Source of the DNA: an uncultured Actinomycetes bacterium
GTDB lineage: Bacteria > Actinomycetota > Actinomycetes > S36-B12
DNA length: 64,000 nucleotides
Reading direction: 5' to 3'
NCBI GenBank assembly: GCA_913057155.1
Contig: CAJXNV010000001.1
Location: 1,354-65,353 of the forward strand
The notes under the pieces were generated by a model. It was not told the origin of the DNA. It worked only from the letters and a program-made list of their open reading frames with translations, and ran no database searches. The first letter of the stretch is position 1. Each line of letters begins with the position of its first letter. This document shows positions 26,722 through 37,005 of the stretch, one piece after another. Both the position numbers and the translations under genes were made by a program.

Positions 26722-27855
26722 TCACGGCTGGAGGACCTCATCCAACGCCGCGACAAACTTAGCGTTCTCCTCGGGAGTGCCTACGGTGACCCGAAGCCAA
26801 CCCTCAGGTCCCGTCTCCCGGATGAGCACGCCACGCTCCAGCAGCCCGCGCCAGATCGCGTGACGATCATCGAACACCCCGAATAGGGCGAAGTTGGCAT
26901 CCGAATCGGGCACCGTCAGACCACGTTCGCGTAGGGCCGCGACCAAACGATCGCGCTCGATGCGCAGCACATCGAGTCCCTGCTGCAGTTCGCGGGCATG
27001 CGCCAGTGCGGTGCTGGCGACCGCCTGCGTGATGGCCGACAGGTGGTAGGGCAACCGCACGATCGTGAGCGCGTCGATGACCGATGGCGCGGCGGCTGCG
27101 TACCCCACACGCGCACCCGCCATGGCGAATGCCTTGCTCATAGTTCGCGTCACGATCACGTTCGGATGGTCGGCGAGCAACGTCAACGCACTCGGTGTGC
27201 CCGAATGACGGAACTCCGCGTACGCCTCGTCCACCACGAGCACGGCTCCTACCTGCGCCGCCGCCTGCGCGAGTTCCGTCAACTCCCCGATCGGCACGGC
27301 GGTGCCGCTGGGGTTGTTCGGGGAGGCGACGAGGACCAGCGCGGGTCGGGGCCCGGTGCTGTCTGGGCTGTCTGGGCTGTCTGTGCTGCCGTTGATGGCG
27401 GCGAGGGCGGCGGCCATGTCCACGGTGAAGTCCTGCGCCCGCGGGACCTCGAGCAACTCGGTGAAGGATTCCCGTGCGTACTCCGGGTACATCGAGTAGG
27501 TCGGTGGGAAGGACACAGCGCGGCGCCCGGGCCCGCCGAACGCGGCCATCACGTGCGCCATGACCTCGTTGGAGCCGTTCGCGGCCCAGATCTGCTCGGG
27601 CGCAAGCCGTACGCCGGATTCACCGGCCAGGTAATCGGCGAGGTGCTCGCGCAACCGCAGGAAGTCCCGGTCGGGGTATCGGTTCAACGATGCCACGGCG
27701 CGCTCGACGTTCGCCGCGATGTCGCGCGCGAGTTCGGCAGATGGCGGGAACGGGTTCTCGTTCACGTTCAGCCGGACATCGACCTCGAGCTGCGGGGCAC
27801 CGTAGGCGGTGATCCCGGCTAGATCGTCGCGAACCGGTGGGCGGAAGTCCGGCAC
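26722..27855 (-). CDS. hisC: histidinol-phosphate aminotransferase
   Basis: 377-aa class-II aminotransferase with the PLP lysine in TMSKAFAMAGARVGY. Confidence 0.9.
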   Translation of the reverse strand: MPDFRPPVRDDLAGITAYGAPQLEVDVRLNVNENPFPPSAELARDIAANVERAVASLNRYPDRDFLRLREHLADYLAGESGVRLAPEQIWAANGSNEVMAHVMAAFGGPGRRAVSFPPTYSMYPEYARESFTELLEVPRAQDFTVDMAAALAAINGSTDSPDSPDSTGPRPALVLVASPNNPSGTAVPIGELTELAQAAAQVGAVLVVDEAYAEFRHSGTPSALTLLADHPNVIVTRTMSKAFAMAGARVGYAAAAPSVIDALTIVRLPYHLSAITQAVASTALAHARELQQGLDVLRIERDRLVAALRERGLTVPDSDANFALFGVFDDRHAIWRGLLERGVLIRETGPEGWLRVTVGTPEENAKFVAALDEVLQP

Positions 27856-27857
27856 GA

Positions 27858-29171
27858 CTACTTCGGCTCGCGCAGGCGAACCGTGATGGCATCGCCGTGT
27901 CCGGGCAGGTCCTCGGCTTGGGCCAGCGCGACGACGTGCTCGGCGACATCGGCCAGTGCGGTGTGGTCGTAGTCGATCACGTGGATGCCGCGCAGGAACG
28001 ATTGGACGGACAAGCCCGAGGAGTGCCGCGCCGCACCCATGGTCGGCAGTACGTGGTTGGAGCCGGCGCAGTAGTCACCTAGCGAGACGGGCGCCCAGGG
28101 GCCCACGAAGATCGCACCGGCGTTTCGAACGCGCATAGCGACATCGCGGGCTTCACGGGTGTGGATCTCGAGGTGTTCGGCGGCGTAGGCATCGACCACT
28201 TGGAGTCCTTGTTCGATATCGCGAACCACGATCACCGCGCTTTGGATCCCGGTGAGGGCTTCGGTGATCCGTTCGGTGTGCTTGGTGTCGGCCACCTGGG
28301 CTCGGACCTCGTCGATGACGTCGTGGGCCAGTTGCTCGCTGGTGGTCACGAGCACCGCCGCGGCGATGACGTCGTGCTCGGCCTGACTGATCAGATCCGC
28401 TGCCACGTAACGCGGATCGGCGGAATCGTCGGCGAGGATCGCGACCTCGGTCGGTCCGGCCTCGGAGTCGATGCCGATGATCCCCTGCAATGCCCGCTTG
28501 GCGGCGGTGACGTAGATATTGCCCGGACCGGTGACCAGGTCCACGGGCTCGCAGCGCGCGGAATCGTCGAGTTCGACGCCGTAGGCGAGCATCGCGACGG
28601 CTTGCGCACCCCCGACCGCATAGACCTCCTCGACCCCGAGCAGGGCGCAGGCGGCGAGCACGGTGGGGTGCGGCCAGCCACCGAAATCGCGTTGCGGCGG
28701 GCTCACCACCACCAGGGATTCCACACCCGCTTCCTGCGCGGGCACCACGTTCATCACCACGCTGCTGGGGTAGACGGCGCGGCCGCCGGGGACGTACAGA
28801 CCCACCCGGGCGACCGGGAGCCAGCGTTCGGTGACCGAACCGCCGGGGACGACTTCGGTGATCACGTCCACTCGCCGCTGGTCGGCGTGCACCTTGCGGG
28901 CCCGCTCGATAGCGACCTCGAGGGCTGCGCGCACCGCTGGGTCGAGCCGCTCGAGGGCGTCGGCGATGACCGCGGCCGGCACCCTCAAGGAGTCCGGTCG
29001 CACGCCGTCGAACTTCTCGCAGGCATCGAGGACGGCAGCCGCCCCGCGCTCTCGGACATCGTCGAGGGTCGGTTGGATGATGGTTCCGGCATCGGCCAGA
29101 TCCATCGCGGCACGCGGAACTTCCGAGCGTGGATCCGCGGCGGAATCACGGACGTCGATGAGACGGAGCAC
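27858..29171 (-). CDS. hisD: histidinol dehydrogenase
   Basis: Motifs [17 protein letters not shown] and [15 protein letters not shown] start it at GTG 29169-29171 (VLRLIDVR), which matches typical HisD N-termini. The track start at 29234 would overlap the divergent gene. Confidence 0.9.
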   Translation of the reverse strand: MLRLIDVRDSAADPRSEVPRAAMDLADAGTIIQPTLDDVRERGAAAVLDACEKFDGVRPDSLRVPAAVIADALERLDPAVRAALEVAIERARKVHADQRRVDVITEVVPGGSVTERWLPVARVGLYVPGGRAVYPSSVVMNVVPAQEAGVESLVVVSPPQRDFGGWPHPTVLAACALLGVEEVYAVGGAQAVAMLAYGVELDDSARCEPVDLVTGPGNIYVTAAKRALQGIIGIDSEAGPTEVAILADDSADPRYVAADLISQAEHDVIAAAVLVTTSEQLAHDVIDEVRAQVADTKHTERITEALTGIQSAVIVVRDIEQGLQVVDAYAAEHLEIHTREARDVAMRVRNAGAIFVGPWAPVSLGDYCAGSNHVLPTMGAARHSSGLSVQSFLRGIHVIDYDHTALADVAEHVVALAQAEDLPGHGDAITVRLREPK

Positions 29172-29194
29172 GGCGTGAAGTCTACGCTCGAGGC

Positions 29195-29896
29195 ATGGAA
29201 CCGCAGTTGCCGCTCTTCCCCTTGACGACGGCACTGGTTCCCGGCTTGGTCCTGCCGTTGCACATCTTCGAGCCGCGCTACCGCTTGATGGTCGAGGAAC
29301 TGCTCGCCAAGCCGGAGGAGGAACGCGAGTTCGGGATCGTCGCCGTTCGCGAACGGCACCTCGGGGCGGTCAACTCACCGGAAGCCTCCCCCAGCCAGGC
29401 CGATGAGTTCTTCCCGGTGGGTGTCACGGCTGTCCTTCGGCAAGCCGATCGGCTGGATGACGGTCGCTACGACATCGTCGCCGTGGGCGGTCGCCGCTTC
29501 AACGTGCAGCAGGTGGATCGCTCCGCACCGCTGTTGCGGGCCAGCGTGGACTTCCTCGAGGAGCCGGACGTGGATCCGGATGATCCGGCCATCCGAGGAG
29601 TCGTCGAGCGCGCCAAGCGTTCCTTCGAGCGGTACCGCGCCGCGCTCGGCGGGCGCCTGGACGAGCAGCGCCCCGAGGACGAGCAGATCCCCGACGATCC
29701 CACCGTGCTCAGTTACCTGATCACCGCCGCGTTGATCGTCGACGCCACCACCCGTCAGGAGCTGCTCGTCTCACCGGATGCGCGTACCCGGTTGATGACC
29801 GGGATCGGCGTGCTGGACACCGAGGCGGCACTGATCGGCGCACTCGGTGCGGTTCCGGCCCTGGACCTGCTGAACTCCTCGCCTTCGGCGAACTAG
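29195..29896 (+). CDS. LON-peptidase N-terminal (substrate-binding) domain protein
   Basis: 233-aa ORF with N-terminus [29 protein letters not shown], typical of the LON N-domain family. Confidence 0.8.
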   Translation: MEPQLPLFPLTTALVPGLVLPLHIFEPRYRLMVEELLAKPEEEREFGIVAVRERHLGAVNSPEASPSQADEFFPVGVTAVLRQADRLDDGRYDIVAVGGRRFNVQQVDRSAPLLRASVDFLEEPDVDPDDPAIRGVVERAKRSFERYRAALGGRLDEQRPEDEQIPDDPTVLSYLITAALIVDATTRQELLVSPDARTRLMTGIGVLDTEAALIGALGAVPALDLLNSSPSAN

Positions 29897-29949
29897 CCAA
29901 GCAGCCTTCGGCGAACTAGCCAAGCGGACTTCGGCGAACTAGTCACGCG
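29881..29949. repeat. 23-bp tandem repeat x3 (GCCTTCGGCGAACTAGCCAAGCR)
   Basis: Units lie at 29881-29903, 29904-29926 and 29927-29949. The third is slightly diverged. Unit 1 contains the TAG stop of the LON-domain gene, and unit 3 ends at the ybaK ATG. Confidence 0.95.
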
Positions 29950-30459
29950 ATGAACGACCGGTCGGCGGGCACACCGGCACTGCGCTTCCTGCGCGCGCAG
30001 GGGATAGCGCACGAAGTGCACCGCTACCGGCACGAACCCGGAACCTCGGACTTCGGGGACGAGGCGGCTGCGCAACTGACTCGGCTTGTGGGCTGCGATC
30101 CATCCGCGATCTTCAAGACGCTGGTGTGGCTGGTCGATGGGCGTGCGTGCTTCGCGATCGCGCCCGTCACCGGGCAGGTTGCCGCGAAGCGGCTAGCGGC
30201 CGCGCTCGATGGCCGTAGTGCGGTCTTGGCCGACGAGCCCACCGCACGACGGATCTCGGGTTCCACCCTCGGCGCTATCTCCCCGATCGCGCCGCGCAGA
30301 GCGGTGCCCGTGGTCATCGACGTATCGGCCCACGATCACGATCGGGTCTTCTTGAGTGCGGGCCAGCGCGGAGTGGAGGTGGCGCTCGCACCCGCGGATC
30401 TGATCGCGGCCACCGATGCCACGGTCGCTGCTATCGCGCGCGGTTCGCGCGATAGCTAG
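29950..30459 (+). CDS. ybaK: Cys-tRNA(Pro)/Cys-tRNA(Cys) deacylase, YbaK family
   Basis: 169-aa ORF with TPALRFLRAQGIAHEVHRY, IFKTLV and ISPI motifs typical of YbaK trans-editing proteins. Confidence 0.8.
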   Translation: MNDRSAGTPALRFLRAQGIAHEVHRYRHEPGTSDFGDEAAAQLTRLVGCDPSAIFKTLVWLVDGRACFAIAPVTGQVAAKRLAAALDGRSAVLADEPTARRISGSTLGAISPIAPRRAVPVVIDVSAHDHDRVFLSAGQRGVEVALAPADLIAATDATVAAIARGSRDS

Positions 30460-31045
30460 CCAGCAGGTCGGACAGCGCCAGCACGGCGACGACGGTGGCC
30501 GAGGCGATCGCCCAGACCAGGTAGACCCCCGGCATCGTGACGTCCAGCGGCGCGTCGACCACGAATTCCACATCGGTCGTGGCCACCAGACCCTCGATGT
30601 CGACCGAACCCAAGCGGGTGCCCACCTGCCACATCGCCGCGGTGCCCAATGCGCTGGCGACCAGCCCCGCGGTGAGCACCCCCAACAGGTGTTGACGGCG
30701 CATCGCCGCCAACGCCACGGTCAAGATCACGCCGGCGACGAGTGCGATGGCGGCGAAGGCGATGTCCGCGGCGAGGTACTCCTCGGGCTGGAATCCCTGC
30801 GGCCGGCTGCCATCGGGTTGGATCACGATCGGCACCCGCGGCGCCAACCGCCACCACAGCACCCCGAGCGCGGCACCGCTGAGCAAACCGACGATCGCAC
30901 CGGCGATCACCAGGGATCGCAGTGCTCGCTCCGGGCCCCGCTGCTTGGCGATCATCGGATCCGACGCAGCAGTCGAAGCAGACGTAGCAGACGTAGCAGT
31001 CGAAGGATGCTCCGAAGGCGGCTGCGTGGCCTGGGGCGGCGTCAC
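30431..31045 (-). CDS. hypothetical polytopic membrane protein (DUF2567-like)
   Basis: 204-aa ORF with 4 predicted TM helices and a Ser/Thr/Ala-rich N-terminus. Its 3' end overlaps the ybaK 3' end by 29 bp (convergent). The start is uncertain, with an internal ATG at 30955. Confidence 0.55.
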   Translation of the reverse strand: MTPPQATQPPSEHPSTATSATSASTAASDPMIAKQRGPERALRSLVIAGAIVGLLSGAALGVLWWRLAPRVPIVIQPDGSRPQGFQPEEYLAADIAFAAIALVAGVILTVALAAMRRQHLLGVLTAGLVASALGTAAMWQVGTRLGSVDIEGLVATTDVEFVVDAPLDVTMPGVYLVWAIASATVVAVLALSDLLASYRANRAR

Positions 31046-31068
31046 GGTGAAACGTTACGCCACCTTCG

Positions 31069-34000
31069 CTAGTGCAGGCAGTTCGCGCCCAGCAACGCCT
31101 TGAGGTCCCCGTACAAGGACGCCGACGGGCTTACCCGCAAGGCATCGTCGATGCGTAGGACGGTGGTGTGGGTGCCCCCGGTCAGGTGCAGGTGCACTTC
31201 GGTGGTTCCCGGATGCTGGCGCAGCACGTCCTTCAACCGCTCGACCAACGGCGGGACGCAACGCGACGCGGCGAGGGACAACCGAACCGGTCCGGAGGAA
31301 GCCTGGGACAGATCCGGGGTATCGACGTCCATCGCGATCAACCGAAGGCCGTCGTCCTCGCTGCGCTCAGCGCGCACCCGGATGGTGACGATGGAATCCT
31401 CCACCAGCGATGTGGCAACCGAAGCGTAGGTCTGCGGGAACACCATGACCTCGACCGCACCGTCGAGATCCTCGAGTCCGGCGATCGCCCACGCCGATCC
31501 CTTCTTGGTGGTCTTGCGTTGGACGGTGGTGAGCAAGCCGGCGATCGTCACGACAGTGGACTCGAGCGAATCGTCGGTCAGCAACGAGGCCAACGAACGA
31601 TCGGCCATCGTGGCCAGCGCGTGCTCGAGTCCGTTGAGCGGGTGGTCGGATACGTAGAGCCCGAGCATGTCGCGCTCGTGGGCCAGCAGTACCGACTTAT
31701 CCCACTCCCCTACCGGGATCGGGGTGCGCTCGGCCAGACCGGAGCCCTGATCGCCGTCCGCACCGTCGGAACCGCCCGCCTCGGCAAGGCCGGCGAATAG
31801 ATCGAACTGACCGGCGGCCTCGGCCCGCTTGATCTCCACCGCGGAATCGATCACCAGCTCGTGGACGGTCACCAAGCCCTTGCGGGTATGCCCCAGGGAA
31901 TCGAAGGCCCCGGCCTTGACGAGCGATTCCACCACTCTGCGGTTGCACACGGCGATATCGGACTTCGCGATGAAATCGTGGAAGTCGGTATACCGGCCGG
32001 CGGAGATGCGGGTGTTGATGATCGATTCGACGACTCCATCGCCGACGTTGCGGATCGCCGACAACCCGAACCGGATATCGCTGCCCCGCGCGGTGTACGC
32101 GCCGTCGGATTCGTTGACATCGGGGGGCAGGACCTTGATGCCCATGCGACGACACTCGCCGAGGTAGATCGCGCTCTTGTCCTTGTCGTCCTGGACGCTG
32201 GTCAACAGCGCTGCCATGTACTCGGCCGGATAGTTGGCCTTCAGGTACGCCGTCCAGTACGACACCAGCCCGTACCCGGCCGTGTGCGCCTTGTTGAAGG
32301 CGTAGTCCGAGAACGGAACCAAGATCTCCCACAGCGTGTCGATCGCGCCATCGCTGTAGCCCTGGTCGCGCATGCCGTCGCGGAAGGGCACGAACTCCTT
32401 TTCCAGGATCTCCTTCTTCTTCTTGCCCATCGCCCGGCGCAGCAGGTCGGCCTTGCCCAGGGAATAGCCCGCGAGTTCCTGTGCGATCGCCATGACCTGC
32501 TCTTGGTAGACGATCAGGCCGTAGGTATCACCCAGGATCCCCTCGAGCGGCTCGGCGAGTTCGGGGTGGATCGGCACCACCGGCTTGCGGCCGTTCTTGC
32601 GGTCGGCGTAGTCGTTGTGCGCGTTCGCACCCATCGGTCCCGGTCGATACAACGCCAGCACCGCGGAGATGTCCTCGAAGTTGTCCGGCTGCATCGAGCG
32701 CAGCAGCGAACGCATCGGTCCGCCATCGAGCTGGAAGACACCGAGGGTGTCTCCTCGGGACAACAACTCGTAGGTGGCCGGATCATCGAGGGTGATGTCC
32801 TCTAACACCAGCCGCTGCCCGGTGTTCTTCTCGATGTTGTCGAGGCAATCGTCCAAGACGGTGAGGTTGCGAAGGCCCAGGAAGTCCATCTTCAACAAGC
32901 CGAGCGACTCGCAGGCGCCCATGTCGAACTGCGTGATCACGGCACCGTCTTGCTCGCGCCGCCAGATGGGGATGACGTCGATCAACGGCTCGCGGGACAA
33001 GATCACCCCGGCCGCGTGCACTCCCGGCTGTCGCTTGAGGCCTTCGAGGCCCTTGGCGGTGTCGATCACCTGACGGGCTTGCTCGTCCGATTCGTAGAGC
33101 CCGCGGAAGTCGGCGGCCTCGCCGTAGCGGGGATCGCCCGGATCGAATGCGCCGGCTAGGGAGATGTCCTTGCCCATCACCGACGGTGGCATCGCTTTGG
33201 TGATGCGGTCGCCGAGGGCGTAGGGGTAGCCGAGCACGCGCGCGCTGTCCTTGATCGCAGCCTTCGCCTTGATCGAGCCGTAGGTGACGATCTGGGCTAC
33301 GCGCTCCTCGCCGTACTTCTCGGTCGCGTAGCGGATCATGTCGGCCCGCCGACGCTCGTCGAAGTCGATGTCGATGTCGGGCATGGAGATGCGATCGGGG
33401 TTCAAGAAACGTTCGAACAGCAGTCCGTGCTGCAACGGATCCAATTCGGTGATGCCCAGTGCGTAGGCGATCATCGCGCCCGCGGCCGATCCACGACCCG
33501 GGCCCACGCGGATGCCGTTCTCCTTGGCGTAGCGCACGAGATCGGCGACGACCAGGAAGTAACCGGGATAGCCCATTTGCGAGACGACCCGAAGCTCGTA
33601 CTCGGCCTGGGCGCGGACGTCGTCGGGAACCGAACCGTGGTAGCGGGTGGCCAGACCGCGCTCGACTTCGGCGACCAGCCAGGACTCCTCCGTCTCACCC
33701 GCGGGCACCGGGAATCGGGGCATCAAGTTGGCGCCTTCGTCGAAAGACACCTCGCACCGCTCGGCGATCAGCAGCGTGTTGTCGCACGCCTCGGGCAACT
33801 CACTCCACACCCGGCGCATCTCCTCGGCGGACTTGACGTAGAAGTCGCGCGCGTCGAAGCGGAACCGCTTCGGGTCGTCCATGGTGGTGCGGGTGCCCAC
33901 GCACAGCAGCACCTCGTGGGTGTCGGCGTCGTCGGCGTGCACGTAGTGCAGATCGTTCGTGGCGATCAGCGGCAGATCGAGGTCGCGGGCGATGCGCAGC

Positions 34001-34635
34001 AGGTCCTCGCGGAAGCGGCGCTCGATGGCAAGGCCGTGATCCATGACCTCGCAGAAGTAGTTCCCCGCCCCGAGGATGTCGCGGAAATCGGCCGCCGCAC
34101 TGCGCGCCTTCTCGAACTCCCCGGCCTGCAGCCAGCGGTTGACCTCACCGCTGGGGCATCCGGTCGTGCCGATCAGCCCCTCACCGTGCCGCTCGAGCAA
34201 CTCACGATCGAAGCGGGGCTTGTGGTACTGCCCTTCCAAACTGGCCAGGGACGACAACCGGAACAGGTTGTGCATCCCCGTCGTGTTCTCGGCCCACAAG
34301 GTCATGTGGGTGTAGTTGTGCTTGCCCCGACCGGCCCCGGGGTCCTCGGGTGTGCCTTCGTCGAACCCACCACCGAAGTCGAAGGGACGACGCTCGGCTC
34401 GACCTTGCGGTGCGTAATAGCCCTCCAAGCCGATGATCGGCTTGATGTCCGCTGCGCGCGCCGCGGTGAAGAAGTCGTAGGCGCCGTACAGGTTGCCGTG
34501 ATCGGTCATCGCGATCGCGGGCATGTTCAACCGCTTGGCCTCGGCCATCAGATCCGGCAGTCGGGCGGCACCGTCGAGCATCGAGTACTCGGTGTGCACG
34601 TGCAGATGGACGAAGTCCCCGCGTGATTCGCTCAC
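31069..34635 (-). CDS. dnaE: DNA polymerase III alpha subunit (DnaE1)
   Basis: It has the PHP domain FVHLHVHTEYSMLDG and full-length pol III alpha architecture. I prefer GTG 34633-34635 (VSESRGDF). The track start at 34689 is a TTG. Confidence 0.93.
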   Translation of the reverse strand: MSESRGDFVHLHVHTEYSMLDGAARLPDLMAEAKRLNMPAIAMTDHGNLYGAYDFFTAARAADIKPIIGLEGYYAPQGRAERRPFDFGGGFDEGTPEDPGAGRGKHNYTHMTLWAENTTGMHNLFRLSSLASLEGQYHKPRFDRELLERHGEGLIGTTGCPSGEVNRWLQAGEFEKARSAAADFRDILGAGNYFCEVMDHGLAIERRFREDLLRIARDLDLPLIATNDLHYVHADDADTHEVLLCVGTRTTMDDPKRFRFDARDFYVKSAEEMRRVWSELPEACDNTLLIAERCEVSFDEGANLMPRFPVPAGETEESWLVAEVERGLATRYHGSVPDDVRAQAEYELRVVSQMGYPGYFLVVADLVRYAKENGIRVGPGRGSAAGAMIAYALGITELDPLQHGLLFERFLNPDRISMPDIDIDFDERRRADMIRYATEKYGEERVAQIVTYGSIKAKAAIKDSARVLGYPYALGDRITKAMPPSVMGKDISLAGAFDPGDPRYGEAADFRGLYESDEQARQVIDTAKGLEGLKRQPGVHAAGVILSREPLIDVIPIWRREQDGAVITQFDMGACESLGLLKMDFLGLRNLTVLDDCLDNIEKNTGQRLVLEDITLDDPATYELLSRGDTLGVFQLDGGPMRSLLRSMQPDNFEDISAVLALYRPGPMGANAHNDYADRKNGRKPVVPIHPELAEPLEGILGDTYGLIVYQEQVMAIAQELAGYSLGKADLLRRAMGKKKKEILEKEFVPFRDGMRDQGYSDGAIDTLWEILVPFSDYAFNKAHTAGYGLVSYWTAYLKANYPAEYMAALLTSVQDDKDKSAIYLGECRRMGIKVLPPDVNESDGAYTARGSDIRFGLSAIRNVGDGVVESIINTRISAGRYTDFHDFIAKSDIAVCNRRVVESLVKAGAFDSLGHTRKGLVTVHELVIDSAVEIKRAEAAGQFDLFAGLAEAGGSDGADGDQGSGLAERTPIPVGEWDKSVLLAHERDMLGLYVSDHPLNGLEHALATMADRSLASLLTDDSLESTVVTIAGLLTTVQRKTTKKGSAWAIAGLEDLDGAVEVMVFPQTYASVATSLVEDSIVTIRVRAERSEDDGLRLIAMDVDTPDLSQASSGPVRLSLAASRCVPPLVERLKDVLRQHPGTTEVHLHLTGGTHTTVLRIDDALRVSPSASLYGDLKALLGANCLH

Positions 34636-34714
34636 GGGCGCACCCCGGATTCGAGGAAGGGGGCCGGGGGTCGCGAACGCACCGCTCAACCCTAGGCCAG
34701 GAACCGACGGGCCT

Positions 34715-35656
34715 TCAGGAAGGCAGGCCGTCGAGGAGTCGATCCAGCGCGGTCTGCAGGTCCGCGGGGTACGGGCTGGTCACCACGATCCGCTCGCCGG
34801 TCCGCGGATGGTCGAAACCCAACTGTCTCGCGTGCAACCACTGCCTCGTCAGTCCCAAGGAAGCGGCCAAGGTCGGGTCCGCTCCGTACGTGGTGTCGCC
34901 CACGCACGGGTGGCGCATCGCCGCCATATGCACCCGGATCTGATGGGTCCGGCCGGTCTCCAGATGCACCTCCACCAGCGAGGCCCGCGGCCACGCCTCG
35001 AGGGTGCGGTAGTGCGTGATGCTCGGGCGGCCGCCGGCGACGACCGCGTACTTGTAGTCCTTGGTCGGGTGGCGGTCGATGGGGGCATCGATCGTGCCCT
35101 CGAGCGGATCGAGCAGCCCGTGGACCACCGCGTGGTACTCCTTGTCCACGGTGCGCTCCTTGAACTGCGCCTTCAACGAGGAGTAGGCCAGCGGACTCTT
35201 GGCCACCACCATGGCGCCGGTCGTACCGACGTCGAGCCGGTGCACCACGCCCTCGCGTTCGGCGGCGCCGGTGCCCGAGGGTGCGTGGCCGGCGGCGGCG
35301 ATGGCCGCGGTCACGGTGGGCCCGTGCCATCCCGGGCTCGGGTGCGCCGCCATCCCCACCGGCTTATCGACGACGACGAGATCCGCATCCGCCCACAGCA
35401 CCGGGAGCTCCAGCGACGGTTCGACGTGAGTACCGGCATCGGTGCGCGCATCGGGATCGGTGTCGAGCTCGCCGACCTCGATCCACTCATCGGGGCCGAG
35501 CCGGTGGGACTTCACCACCTGCTTGCCGTCCACCAGCACCACGCCGCGATCGACCAGGGTCTCCACCCGCGCCCGGGACAGGCCGAGCATGCGGGCCAAC
35601 GCCGAATCCAATCGTTCGCCGACGAGGGCGGGGGGAACAGGGAGGGTGCGGGTCAC
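34715..35656 (-). CDS. rluD: RluA-family 23S rRNA pseudouridine synthase (RluD-like)
   Basis: It has an S4 domain at the N-terminus and the catalytic motif HRLDVGTTGAMVVAKS. The GTG start overlaps the lspA stop. Confidence 0.85.
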   Translation of the reverse strand: MTRTLPVPPALVGERLDSALARMLGLSRARVETLVDRGVVLVDGKQVVKSHRLGPDEWIEVGELDTDPDARTDAGTHVEPSLELPVLWADADLVVVDKPVGMAAHPSPGWHGPTVTAAIAAAGHAPSGTGAAEREGVVHRLDVGTTGAMVVAKSPLAYSSLKAQFKERTVDKEYHAVVHGLLDPLEGTIDAPIDRHPTKDYKYAVVAGGRPSITHYRTLEAWPRASLVEVHLETGRTHQIRVHMAAMRHPCVGDTTYGADPTLAASLGLTRQWLHARQLGFDHPRTGERIVVTSPYPADLQTALDRLLDGLPS

Positions 35657-36246
35657 CGCTCACCCTCGGCAGCGGGGTCGTGCGCTTCGCCGGCATCGTT
35701 AGCGTCGGCATCGTTAGCGTCGTCGGCGTCGTCGTCGTCGGCTTCATCGGTGAGCGGCACACCCCGCCAGGCCAGGAAGATCATGCCGATCGAGGCGAAC
35801 GTGATCGACATATCCGCGACGTTGAATATCGGGAAGTTCGGCAGACCGATGAAGTCCACGACCGAACCCATGCCCGGCGACGGTGGCCGGGTAAGCCGGT
35901 CGATCAAGTTGCCCAGCAGCCCGCCGAGCAGGCCCCCGAGCGCCAACGCCCACGGAAGCGAGGTGATGGTGCGCGAGAAACGGATGATGACGACGCCCAC
36001 GATCACCGCGACGGTCGTGAACACCCAGGTGTACCCGGCCCCGAAGCCGAAGGCGGCGCCGCTGTTCTCGGTGTAGGTCAACCGCAGCAACGGACCGAGC
36101 AGGTAGATCGGCCCCTCACCGGCTTCGATCCGCGGCTGCATCACGGCCACCGCCCAGACCTTGGTCAGCTGGTCCACCACCACGATGCCGGCGGCGGTCG
36201 CGAGCAGGACGGCGAGCACGCGGGAACGTGGCGCGGATGGCATCAC
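35653..36246 (-). CDS. lspA: lipoprotein signal peptidase II
   Basis: Motifs YTENSGAAFG and FNVADMSI with 4 TM helices. There is an unusual acidic C-terminal tail (DEADDDDADDANDADANDAGE). Confidence 0.9.
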   Translation of the reverse strand: MMPSAPRSRVLAVLLATAAGIVVVDQLTKVWAVAVMQPRIEAGEGPIYLLGPLLRLTYTENSGAAFGFGAGYTWVFTTVAVIVGVVIIRFSRTITSLPWALALGGLLGGLLGNLIDRLTRPPSPGMGSVVDFIGLPNFPIFNVADMSITFASIGMIFLAWRGVPLTDEADDDDADDANDADANDAGEAHDPAAEGER

Positions 36247-36306
36247 AGCAGCCTACGGGGCCATCCCACGCGGGCCACGTCCTACGCGGGCCACGTCCTG
36301 CGAGGA

Positions 36307-37005
36307 CTAGAAGCGCTCTTCGGCTTCCTTGCACGAGCGGCACAGCGTCGCCCGCGGGAAGGCCTGCAACCGGTACTTCCCGATCGGCTTGCCGCAGGAT
36401 TCGCACACCCCGTAGGAGCCATCCGAGATCCGGGCCAGCGCGTGCTCCACCTGATCGAGCATGTCCCGGGCGTTGTTGGCCAGCGACATCTCGTGCTCGC
36501 GTTCGAAGGTCTTGCTACCGGCGTCGGCTTGATCGTCACCGGCGCCGTCGCCGGAATCACGGATCAGGTCGGCTAGGCCCTCCTCGGCGGTGGCGATCTC
36601 CTCCAGTAGTCGGGTCTTCTCCCGTCCGAGTTCCTCGCGCACCTCGCGCAACTCGGCGTCCGTCCACGGGGATTCGTCCTCCCGAACGACGGGTCGCCGC
36701 TTGGGCTTAGCTACCTTCTTGGCCGCCGGCGCTTTCTTAGCCGCCGCCTTCTTCGCGGGGGCCTTTTTGGCTGCCTTCTTGGCCGGCGCCTTCTTAGCGG
36801 GAGATTTCTTGGCCACCTTCTTGGCCGGCGCTTTCTTCGCGGGAGCCTTCTTGACCGCCTTCTTCGCCGGCGCCTTCTTCGTGGCTTTCTTGGCCGGTGC
36901 CTTCTTGGCCGGCGCCTTCTTCGTGGCTTTCTTGGCCGGCGCCTTCTTGGCCGCTTTCTTGGCCGTCTTCTTGGCCGTCTTCTTCGCGGCCGTCTTCTTG
37001 GCCAT
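36307..37005 (-). CDS. DksA/TraR C4 zinc-finger protein with an N-terminal histone-H1-like Lys/Ala/Pro repeat domain (DdbA-like)
   Basis: The C-terminus is [25 protein letters not shown] preceded by a coiled coil. The N-terminal ~110 aa are PAKKA/AKKT repeats. I start it at MAKKTAAKK (ATG 37003-37005). Confidence 0.85.
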   Translation of the reverse strand: MAKKTAAKKTAKKTAKKAAKKAPAKKATKKAPAKKAPAKKATKKAPAKKAVKKAPAKKAPAKKVAKKSPAKKAPAKKAAKKAPAKKAAAKKAPAAKKVAKPKRRPVVREDESPWTDAELREVREELGREKTRLLEEIATAEEGLADLIRDSGDGAGDDQADAGSKTFEREHEMSLANNARDMLDQVEHALARISDGSYGVCESCGKPIGKYRLQAFPRATLCRSCKEAEERF

